From positions 8,680 through 72,679 of the forward strand of contig CABYHL010000002.1 in assembly GCA_902518895.1 (NCBI GenBank): DNA of 64,000 nt, read 5' to 3'. This DNA is from an uncultured Alphaproteobacteria bacterium. Its GTDB lineage: Bacteria > Pseudomonadota > Alphaproteobacteria > HIMB59 > GCA-002718135. The translations under genes and the position numbers were made by a program. Below the pieces are notes generated by a model. It was not told the DNA's origin, did not search any database, and worked only from the letters and a program-made list of their open reading frames with translations. Below, piece after piece: positions 56,543 to 64,000 of this stretch (position 1 is its first letter; the number at the start of each line of letters is the position of its first letter).

Positions 56543-57467
56543 GGCTTTGAAAAAATTTATTTGTTGTATCAACTATAAAATTACTTACTCTGGTATTTGA
56601 CTCTTCAGTTACTCCTGCTGTATGTGGAGTTAAGATACAATTCATATTTTTAGTGATTTTTTTATAGAATTCTTCGTCAATAGGTTCATTCTCAAAAACA
56701 TCTAACGCAAAACCAGATATGATATTATTTGAGTATGCGTCTAGTAAGTCTCTTTCATTAATTATTCCACCTCTTGAAGAATTAATAATAATAGGTTTTT
56801 TTTTTATTTTGGAGAAAACTTGTTTATTAAACATATATTTAGTTTCTTCACTTAAAGGCACGTGTATTGAAATAATATCTGATAACTTCAAAATCTCATT
56901 GAAAGATACTTTTTTTACATTGAAACTCTCTATTTGTTCAAAAGAAATAAATGGATCGTAAGTAATAAATGAAACATCAAATGAGTTAGCTAGTTTAAAA
57001 ACTTTTTTTGCAATGTAACCAAAACCTATTAAACCTAATGTCTTCCCTTTCAACTCATTTGTGACAATAGTATTCCTTGGCCAATTTCCTTTTCTAGTCT
57101 GATCACTCACAATTAAAGTTTTTTTCAATAATATTAGAGAAGAATTAACCACATATTCAGCAACAGAGTCTGCATTCATACCTGTTGCTGGTTGAACAAA
57201 TATATTATTTTTATTACAGTATTCAGTGTCTATGTTATCAAGACCAACTCCTAGTCTTCCGATATATTTTAAATTAACTGCTTTTTCTAAAATACTTTCA
57301 TCTAGATTTGTTTTATTTCTTACAATTATTCCATCAAAATTATGTATTTCTTTTTCTAAGTAATCTCTATTTTGCCAAATTTCCTCATTATAAATTATAT
57401 TAAAATCTTTATTTAAATTATTTAAAACTTGCTTATCTAAAAATTCAGTAATTAAAATATTTATCAT
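56532..57467 (-). CDS. D-3-phosphoglycerate dehydrogenase-like 2-hydroxyacid dehydrogenase
   Basis: 311 aa with 'LGLIGFGYIAKKV' NAD motif, 'SRGGII' and 'LTPHTAG'. Confidence 0.8.
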   Translation of the reverse strand: MINILITEFLDKQVLNNLNKDFNIIYNEEIWQNRDYLEKEIHNFDGIIVRNKTNLDESILEKAVNLKYIGRLGVGLDNIDTEYCNKNNIFVQPATGMNADSVAEYVVNSSLILLKKTLIVSDQTRKGNWPRNTIVTNELKGKTLGLIGFGYIAKKVFKLANSFDVSFITYDPFISFEQIESFNVKKVSFNEILKLSDIISIHVPLSEETKYMFNKQVFSKIKKKPIIINSSRGGIINERDLLDAYSNNIISGFALDVFENEPIDEEFYKKITKNMNCILTPHTAGVTEESNTRVSNFIVDTTNKFFQSLKD

Positions 57468-58372
57468 TTAATTTTTTTTATCTTTATTTTTTTTAAAAAT
57501 TTATTTACCATATTTTTTTTTGGTATTGAGTATATTCCTCCCTTTTTCATACATTTTAATGTTGCGGTTGCTGCTGCTAACTGAATACTTTGAGAATTTG
57601 ATTTATTTAATGATAGAGCTGTTGCAAAAGCACCATGAAAAACATCTCCTGCACAATTTGTTTCAGTTGTTTTTACCTTTGGAACTTTACAATGATATAA
57701 AGAATTATTTTCAACCCAATATACACCTTTAGATCCCATAGTAACTGCAACAAATTTATTTGTTTCGTTGAATATTTGAAAAAGAGCTTTTTGCATATTG
57801 ATATTTTTTTTATAAGTTTTCAAACCTTCTTCAGAAAATATAGGGTGAGAAGCTTTGTTAACGATTTGAGAAATTTTATTTGAACTTTTAAAATTATCTA
57901 AATCTGCAACACATTTAATATTTTTTTTATTAGTATTAATAGCAATATTAAAAGCCATATCTATCCATCTCATATCTATTGAATAAATATCTTGTTTTCT
58001 AAAATTTAATTTCGGTATTTTCTTATAATCAAGTAGCTTTGGATCATTGTAAGCTGCTAGTAATCTTTCACCCTTTGTATCCTCAATTACAAAGCTTTGC
58101 GAAGACTGACATTTTTTTATAAAAATTGATTTACTAATATTGATAGAAAATTTTTTTAATTCATTTTTTAAAAAGACTGAAGAATCATCATCTCCAAATT
58201 TTCCAATGAATTTTGATTCAGATCCTAAAATTTTTGCAGTAAATGCTGATACTGCTGCTGACCCACCTAATCTTTTATCAATACCTCTAGATAAAACTTT
58301 AATTGGTTTTTTCGGAAATTTATCTATCCTACTTATGTAATCTGTAAATATTGATCCTGCACAAATGATCAT
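57464..58372 (-). CDS. pfkB-family sugar (ketose) kinase
   Basis: 302 aa with 'LGGSAAVSA', 'GKFGDDD' and C-terminal 'NCAGDVFHGAFATAL'. Confidence 0.8.
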   Translation of the reverse strand: MIICAGSIFTDYISRIDKFPKKPIKVLSRGIDKRLGGSAAVSAFTAKILGSESKFIGKFGDDDSSVFLKNELKKFSINISKSIFIKKCQSSQSFVIEDTKGERLLAAYNDPKLLDYKKIPKLNFRKQDIYSIDMRWIDMAFNIAINTNKKNIKCVADLDNFKSSNKISQIVNKASHPIFSEEGLKTYKKNINMQKALFQIFNETNKFVAVTMGSKGVYWVENNSLYHCKVPKVKTTETNCAGDVFHGAFATALSLNKSNSQSIQLAAATATLKCMKKGGIYSIPKKNMVNKFLKKIKIKKIK

Positions 58373-58382
58373 AAAATATTAA

Positions 58383-58952
58383 TTAAAGGTATTTAACTAT
58401 ACCGATAAACTTTCTAAACCTATCTCTTATAGTTATAGGATTGATTGGAATAGGATCAATTTTAACATTCCCAGAATTGATCTTTGAAATTATTACATAT
58501 GAATTATCTTTATCATCAATAGCTTTGTTCAATGCATTTACTGTTTCATCTCCAGAACATTCAACTACATTTTTACAACCAGCGCCTATTGCAACATCTT
58601 TTAAAGAAGTATTTTCATCAGTAAAAGTTCGTTGATCTCCTGTTGATCCATATGATCCATTATCAATTATTAATAAAGTATAATTTGATGGTGCTCTATT
58701 GCCAATTGTTGCTAGTGTATTCATATTCATTAAAACAGATCCATCACCATCTATACTAATAACATTTTTATTTTGAGATAATGACAAACCTAAACCAATA
58801 GAAGAGGACAAGCCCATACTGCCTAACATATAAAAAAAGTTTGGTTGATCGTTAATTTTATATAATTCTTGAGATGGAAGACCTATATTACAAATAACTA
58901 AGTTATCTTTAAGAATATTTTGAATTTTATTTAATAGGTCAAAACGGTTCAT
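58383..58952 (-). CDS. ThDP-dependent 2-oxoacid decarboxylase, beta subunit (ComE/sulfopyruvate decarboxylase-like)
   Basis: 189 aa with ThDP-binding motif 'IDGDGSVLMNMNTLATIG...IIDNGSYGSTG'. Confidence 0.75.
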   Translation of the reverse strand: MNRFDLLNKIQNILKDNLVICNIGLPSQELYKINDQPNFFYMLGSMGLSSSIGLGLSLSQNKNVISIDGDGSVLMNMNTLATIGNRAPSNYTLLIIDNGSYGSTGDQRTFTDENTSLKDVAIGAGCKNVVECSGDETVNALNKAIDDKDNSYVIISKINSGNVKIDPIPINPITIRDRFRKFIGIVKYL

Positions 58953-59449
58953 GTATCATCTTTCATTAAATTGAAATCACACAATATAGCAACTGGAGAC
59001 TCAACAACTTTTGCATGTTTGCTAAATGTTGAAATTTTCTCGAGATCATTATCTGAAGAACAATGCAACATAGGTATTCTTAACGTTTGTAAAATATCTT
59101 CAGTTATTTTAGCCATTCCGCCTTGTGCCCCTACTGGCTCACCTGGTGTACCTCTGTAACTAATTAGAAAAACAACAGGCATTTGATATAATTGTAATAA
59201 AGATACAATTGCATTCACTGAATTTCCAATTCCTGTATTTTGCATCATTATACATGGGAATTTATTTCCTAAATAAGCTCCAGCACAAATACCCATGCCT
59301 TCTTCCTCTCGTGGTACAGCCGAATAATAAACATCCTTATCATTTTCAAGAATATCAATCATATTAGCTAACAACTTACACGGAACACTTAAATAAAAAT
59401 CTACTCCACCTTTTTTTAAATTATCGATGATTTTTTTACTAATTTTCAT
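58949..59449 (-). CDS. ThDP-dependent 2-oxoacid decarboxylase, alpha subunit (ComD/sulfopyruvate decarboxylase-like)
   Basis: 166 aa with a pyrimidine-binding domain 'PREEEGMGICAGAYLGNKFPCIMMQNTGIGNSVNAI'. 4-bp overlap with the beta subunit gene. Confidence 0.75.
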   Translation of the reverse strand: MKISKKIIDNLKKGGVDFYLSVPCKLLANMIDILENDKDVYYSAVPREEEGMGICAGAYLGNKFPCIMMQNTGIGNSVNAIVSLLQLYQMPVVFLISYRGTPGEPVGAQGGMAKITEDILQTLRIPMLHCSSDNDLEKISTFSKHAKVVESPVAILCDFNLMKDDT

Positions 59450-59495
59450 TTATGCGGATGTCTATAGATATAAAATGATTAAACAATAAATTAAT

Positions 59496-60548
59496 TTATT
59501 TAAAATCATTTCTTAATTTTATTTTAGTGTTTGAAGTATATTTTTCACCTTTTTTTAATATAGTTGATGGAAAATTTGGTTGATTAATAGCATCGGGGAA
59601 GATTTGTGTCTCTAAACACATTCCATATTGTAAACCATAATTTCTATCATGTTTTCCATTGTATGAGTCTTTCATCATATTCCCAGTATAAAATTGTATT
59701 CCAGGTTGATCAGTTGAGTATTCAACTCCCATACCAGTAATTTTACTGTAGATGGAAGCTATAGATTTATCAATAGAATGATCTTTGAGAACATAATTGT
59801 GATCGATGCCACCACTTTCTAAAAAAGCATTATTTATTTCAAATGAATTATTAAGATCATATTTTGTATTAACTACATCAAATAGCTTTCCTGTAGGAAT
59901 TGAACCCTCGTCTATTTCACAAATTTGATTAGATGATATTCTGACAACATGATCAGTAATATTTTTGTAATTATCTTTATGGCCATGGAAATTCCAATAG
60001 TTATGATTAGTCATATTAACAATAGTATCTTTATCTGTAGTAGCATTAAAGGAAATTAAAATTTCGTTATTGTTATTAATCTCATAAATAGTTTTACAAT
60101 TTAAGTTGCCTGGATAATTTTCTTCTAAATGTTTAGATTGATAAGTGAGCTCTACTTTTATACTTTCACTTGTTTTTTTAATATCACTTATTTTCCATAT
60201 CTTTTTATTAAAACCTTCTTTCCCTCCATGAAGATGATTTTCAGAATCATTAGAATATAAATTATATTCTATTCCATTCAAAAAAAATTTGCTTTTTCCA
60301 GTACGATTACAAACTCTTCCAATAATAGAATTAAAATATCCATTAGCTTCCAGGCAATCATCTAAATTACCATAACCTAATAAAACATCCTCTGTTTCAG
60401 AAACATTCGAAGAAGTTGGAATACAAACTTCACTCATATAACCACCATAAGTATAAAAACTAAAACTATAATTGTTTGAGTTAATAATATTAACTATGTC
60501 AATATCTAAACCTTTATCATTTTGAAGTTTGGTAATTTTATATTCCAT
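59496..60548 (-). CDS. galM: Aldose 1-epimerase (mutarotase)
   Basis: 350 aa with 'NHLHGGKEGFNKKIW', 'TNHNYWNF' and 'CLETQIFPDA' motifs. Confidence 0.85.
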   Translation of the reverse strand: MEYKITKLQNDKGLDIDIVNIINSNNYSFSFYTYGGYMSEVCIPTSSNVSETEDVLLGYGNLDDCLEANGYFNSIIGRVCNRTGKSKFFLNGIEYNLYSNDSENHLHGGKEGFNKKIWKISDIKKTSESIKVELTYQSKHLEENYPGNLNCKTIYEINNNNEILISFNATTDKDTIVNMTNHNYWNFHGHKDNYKNITDHVVRISSNQICEIDEGSIPTGKLFDVVNTKYDLNNSFEINNAFLESGGIDHNYVLKDHSIDKSIASIYSKITGMGVEYSTDQPGIQFYTGNMMKDSYNGKHDRNYGLQYGMCLETQIFPDAINQPNFPSTILKKGEKYTSNTKIKLRNDFK

Positions 60549-61447
60549 TATGTTTTCCTTAATCTTTGAAAATTATTTTTTCTTTGTTGAAGATAAATGA
60601 TTAATCCACCTAAAACTATGAAAAAAGCGCCAGGGAAGAGTTGATCAACTGGCCATTCTGCAAAAAATATCCAACCTAAAATAAGTGCAAAAAATATCTC
60701 AATATAATCAAATGGCATAATCTTACTAAGTTCTGCTTTTCTAGCACCATATATTAAAAGTAAAGTTCCAGATCCTCCTGCAATCCCCATTACACAAACT
60801 ACTAAGAAATCATTTATACTTTTGAAATTTTCCCACATACCAAAAAATACCACTAACATACATGCAACTATGATTGTTCCTGTTTGACCATACAAGTTGA
60901 TAAGTGGTGAAGGAACATGATCCTCAAAACTTAAGGATGTTACCCTTGCTAAAGAATATCCAAAAGCAGCAAGTATAGGAAGTAACAACATATAATTAAA
61001 GTCTGATGACCAAGGTTGCATAATTAAAACGATACCTACAAAACCAGAAATTACTGCACTCATTTTGTACCAACCAAATTTTTCACCTAATAAAGGAATT
61101 GCAAGAAGGGTAACCATCATGGGCCCAGTGTATTCCATGGTAGCTACTAAAGCAAAAGGTAGGTAGGCATAAGAAGTATAGAGACACAATTGAGCCAATG
61201 CTACAAATACTCCGCGGAATAATCCTAACTTCCATTGTGTTATTTTTATTTGTCTACCATTTCGATGCCAATCATTTGAAAAATATAAAGCAATAACACA
61301 TGGAATCATTCCAAATAAATTTCTAAAAACAGAAAGTTGAGCTGCTGGATATTCGTTTCGTAAAAACTTTATCGCAATCCCCATACAATCCAATAAAAAC
61401 AAACCTGAAAGTGATAATATAACAGCTAAAAATAAATTATTTTTCAT
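60548..61447 (-). CDS. EamA/DMT-family transporter
   Basis: 299 aa, about 10 TM. 1-bp overlap with the mutarotase gene start. Confidence 0.8.
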   Translation of the reverse strand: MKNNLFLAVILSLSGLFLLDCMGIAIKFLRNEYPAAQLSVFRNLFGMIPCVIALYFSNDWHRNGRQIKITQWKLGLFRGVFVALAQLCLYTSYAYLPFALVATMEYTGPMMVTLLAIPLLGEKFGWYKMSAVISGFVGIVLIMQPWSSDFNYMLLLPILAAFGYSLARVTSLSFEDHVPSPLINLYGQTGTIIVACMLVVFFGMWENFKSINDFLVVCVMGIAGGSGTLLLIYGARKAELSKIMPFDYIEIFFALILGWIFFAEWPVDQLFPGAFFIVLGGLIIYLQQRKNNFQRLRKT

Positions 61448-61460
61448 TAATCATAATCTA

Positions 61461-62519
61461 TTATTCTAAAATAATTTCTTTTCCTACTTCTTGACTTTTA
61501 TAAATTCCATCTAAAATTTTCATTACTTGTAGAGAGTGTTCAGCCGGAATTGTAACTGGTTGATCGTTTGCAACAAACTCTGCAAACTCGATACATTCTT
61601 TGGCATGAGGTTCAATAGTGTCTTTTAAATTTCCTTCAATTTTTTTAGTTATATGAGTTTGAGAATTAATATCATTTTTTATAATCTCACAATTAGGCCA
61701 ATGCAAACCAGCTTCTCTTCCGTATAACCATACCTGCATATCTTCTATTTTATCTTCTGGCAATTTATGATGAAGCATCCAAGATACTTCAAGCATCAGG
61801 GTTGCACCATTTTTAAACCTAACAAACGCAGCTGCAAAATCTTCAACGTTCATTGCTTCCTTATCGTACTCTCCATTGTAACTAAAAGAATTTGGCTGCT
61901 TTGCTAATTCTGTTTTTGACACACCCGTCACAGAAAGTGGTTCTGGATTGTTCATAAACCAAAGAGTTAAATCTAACACGTGCACCCCTATATCAATACA
62001 AGGCCCTCCTCCTGAATTTTCTTTTTTTAAAAAACCAAGTGAGACTGGTAAAAAATTTCTCCTAAGCATCCAAGAACGTGCATGATATATCGAACCAATT
62101 GATGTGGATTGATCTTTTATTAATTGAGAATCTTTTCTGAATCTAAAGTGTTGAGCACACATTAATTTTTTATTCGTTTGATCTCTTACTTCAATCATTT
62201 TTTTTATTTGTGAGGCATTTGGAGCTAAGGGTTTTTCACATAAAACATCTTTACCTGCTTGCATTGCTTTAATTGCTAAATCACAATGATAGTTATTAGG
62301 CGCACAAATATCTATTACATCTATATCTGGATCATTAATCATGTCTAAGGGATCAAGATATAATTTTTTTATTTGATTTGTATTACCCCAATCTTCGAGA
62401 GTTGATTTGTTTATATCAGAGCCTGCTATTAATTCAGCATGTTCTGACAGGTGCCAACCAGGTACATGTAGCTTTGCAATGCCACCGACGCCAATAATGC
62501 CAACTTTTATTTTACTCAT
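61461..62519 (-). CDS. Gfo/Idh/MocA-family oxidoreductase
   Basis: 352 aa with 'VGIIGVGGIAKLH' and 'VLCEKPLA'. Confidence 0.8.
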   Translation of the reverse strand: MSKIKVGIIGVGGIAKLHVPGWHLSEHAELIAGSDINKSTLEDWGNTNQIKKLYLDPLDMINDPDIDVIDICAPNNYHCDLAIKAMQAGKDVLCEKPLAPNASQIKKMIEVRDQTNKKLMCAQHFRFRKDSQLIKDQSTSIGSIYHARSWMLRRNFLPVSLGFLKKENSGGGPCIDIGVHVLDLTLWFMNNPEPLSVTGVSKTELAKQPNSFSYNGEYDKEAMNVEDFAAAFVRFKNGATLMLEVSWMLHHKLPEDKIEDMQVWLYGREAGLHWPNCEIIKNDINSQTHITKKIEGNLKDTIEPHAKECIEFAEFVANDQPVTIPAEHSLQVMKILDGIYKSQEVGKEIILE

Positions 62520-62535
62520 ATTTATATTTTTTAAT

Positions 62536-63525
62536 TTAGATATTTATCCATTTTTTTTCTTTTTCTGATTGGTAAATTGATTCCATTATACTACTTCTCA
62601 ATGCTGCTTCTGAAGGAGTAACTAGGTTTTTAGTATTGTTATCAATTAATGAATTGAGAAACAAATCAAATGCATGAGGCAATGTTTCTGGTAAATTTTC
62701 TTCTATTCTTTCTATTTTTTTACCTTCCTTATTTTCGTTTATAATTAATTGCTCATTCGTTGTTCTTGCGTGAGCTTTCGTTCCACTTACAAAAATAGTA
62801 TAAGGCTGAGCTACATCTATCCATCCCGCAGCAATACTAGCTATCAACCCGCTTTTAAATTTTATTAAAGCTTCTCCACTTTCTTCACAATCTGGATATT
62901 GATTATATACTTTTGTAAAGGTTGCGCTCACTGACTCAACATCAGAAAAAAACCATAAAAGAAGATCTAAAACATGTGTTCCTAAATCACCAAAAGCTCC
63001 AACGCCTGCAACCTTAGGATCTGTCATCCATTGATAGTTTTTGAAAATATCCCTCATAAGACCATCGTGACAATTAATGAGTCGAATTCTTGAAATTTCG
63101 CCAAAATAATTCGCAGCAATTAATTCTTTAAGTTTTATGTAAACAGGATTGCTTCTCATGAAATATCCAGTTTGAAAAATAATATTTGAAGACTCAATAA
63201 GATTTGCCATTTCAAAAGAATCTTTTTTTCCTATCCCCAAAGGTTTTTCTATAAAACAGTTTTTTTTATTCTCGGTAATCTGTTTAACTAATTCATAGTG
63301 CAAATTAGTTTCTGAACACACAATAACACCATCTAAATTAGGTTCTTTCAATAAATCAATATAGTTATCATAATTTTTACATTTCAGTTTTTCTGAGTAA
63401 CTTTTTGACCTGTTCTTGTCTTTGTCCCAAACACCAATACAATTAATTTTAATGTTTGTAATTACCTTAGAAATAAAATTTGGTGTATGAATATGAGAGG
63501 TTCCAATAAATGCTATATTTTTCAT
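62536..63525 (-). CDS. Gfo/Idh/MocA-family oxidoreductase
   Basis: 329 aa with 'IAFIGTSHIH' and 'CFIEKPLG'. Confidence 0.8.
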   Translation of the reverse strand: MKNIAFIGTSHIHTPNFISKVITNIKINCIGVWDKDKNRSKSYSEKLKCKNYDNYIDLLKEPNLDGVIVCSETNLHYELVKQITENKKNCFIEKPLGIGKKDSFEMANLIESSNIIFQTGYFMRSNPVYIKLKELIAANYFGEISRIRLINCHDGLMRDIFKNYQWMTDPKVAGVGAFGDLGTHVLDLLLWFFSDVESVSATFTKVYNQYPDCEESGEALIKFKSGLIASIAAGWIDVAQPYTIFVSGTKAHARTTNEQLIINENKEGKKIERIEENLPETLPHAFDLFLNSLIDNNTKNLVTPSEAALRSSIMESIYQSEKEKKWINI

Positions 63526-63543
63526 TACAGTTATAAAAACTAC

Positions 63544-64000
63544 TTATAGAGCACAACACTGATCGACCCAGTGACCTGGTTCAACTTCAATAAGGCCCAT
63601 TTTTATTTCTCCACCTTTGCAATCTACTCCAGGATTAGGACATCTGGTTCTAAACACACAACCTGGAGGTGGATTTAATGCACTAGGAATTTCTCCCTTT
63701 AGTTCTATAGCTTCAGATCTTTTCTCTGGATCAATTGATGGAATAGAAGATAATAGTGCCTTTGTGTAAGAATGTTTTGGATTCTTAAATAATTCTCTTG
63801 AGGGTCCCATTTCAACTATGTGCCCCAAATACATAACTGCAACAACATCACATACATGAGCTACTACACTTAAATCATGACTTATGAATAAATAAGTTAA
63901 GTTAAGCTCGGTTTGAAGTTGTTTTAAAAGATTTAATATATCTGCTTGTATTGATACATCTAAAGCAGCAACACTTTCGTCTGCTACTATAAATTTTGGA
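63544..64000 (-). CDS. Opp/Dpp-type ABC transporter ATP-binding protein (C-terminal part; 5' end beyond window)
   Basis: The track ORF starts at an internal Met. The frame stays open to the window edge and reads 'LTYLFISHDLSVVAHVCDVVAVMYLGHIVE', with an OppF-type C-terminal Cys-rich tail 'PPGCVFRTRCP'. Confidence 0.8.
   Translation of the reverse strand, partial: PKFIVADESVAALDVSIQADILNLLKQLQTELNLTYLFISHDLSVVAHVCDVVAVMYLGHIVEMGPSRELFKNPKHSYTKALLSSIPSIDPEKRSEAIELKGEIPSALNPPPGCVFRTRCPNPGVDCKGGEIKMGLIEVEPGHWVDQCCAL

Noticed and set aside
58383-59449. Interpretation of the split ThDP decarboxylase as phosphonopyruvate decarboxylase of a phosphonate biosynthesis cluster.
   Set aside because: No PEP mutase, phosphonoacetaldehyde-processing enzyme or MpnS/HepD-type oxygenase is adjacent. 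The neighbours are sugar catabolic genes. It is kept only as an alternative to test.
1-64000. A search by eye for rRNA, tRNA, CRISPR arrays, IS elements or transposases, integrases, and phage or toxin-antitoxin genes.
   Set aside because: None was found. Intergenic spacers are too short, with a maximum of about 175 bp, and lack cloverleaf-like or repeat-spacer structure. No ORF has recombinase or transposase signatures. A covariance-model scan (tRNAscan-SE or Infernal) would be needed to exclude small ncRNAs.

Overview
This is a very AT-rich, extremely gene-dense bacterial chromosome segment. Hand spot counts give about 17-18% GC in some genes and 37-43% in others. I call about 67 protein genes. 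Most gene junctions are under 20 bp or overlap, often as ATGA start/stop overlaps. 5-aminolevulinate synthase, a GcrA-type motif and the streamlined architecture suggest a SAR11/Pelagibacterales-like marine alphaproteobacterium; this is inference, not proven. Contents, left to right: (1) the start of an Opp/Dpp-type peptide ABC operon, and nth. (2) An almost complete, translationally coupled heme biosynthesis locus (hemJ, hemF, hemH, hemE, a hemC with a C-terminal extension), cytochrome b561 and ALA synthase. (3) An orphan MotA/MotB-like stator pair with long coiled coils plus a secreted pentapeptide-repeat protein. (4) Housekeeping genes: cfa, a GcrA C-terminal-motif mini-protein, msrA, a NUDIX hydrolase, a Bcp-like peroxiredoxin and an agmatinase-like ureohydrolase. 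(5) From about 19.3 kb to 63.5 kb, an uninterrupted carbohydrate-utilisation island. The island holds a fucoside operon (CUT1 ABC importer, cytoplasmic GH29 fucosidase, mutarotase, kdgK, eda). It has a GntR regulator with two identical palindromic operators, two tail-to-tail membrane di-iron hydroxylase paralogs and a PhyH dioxygenase. It also has an L-fucose CUT2 ABC importer with the oxidative L-fuconate pathway, hexuronate genes (uxuA, uxuB, a uronate-isomerase-like gene), and a third ABC importer with three tandem Gfo/Idh/MocA oxidoreductases. It ends with a cluster combining a FucI-like isomerase, a pfkB kinase, 2-hydroxyacid dehydrogenases, a mutarotase, an EamA transporter and a split ComD/ComE-type ThDP decarboxylase. 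I saw no rRNA, tRNA, CRISPR array, transposase or integrase. The most interesting items are the orphan stator-like module, the ComDE-containing sugar cluster, the GntR operator pair with its unusual oxygenase regulon, and the recurring pattern of a strong SD, an SBP gene and a GC-rich hairpin.
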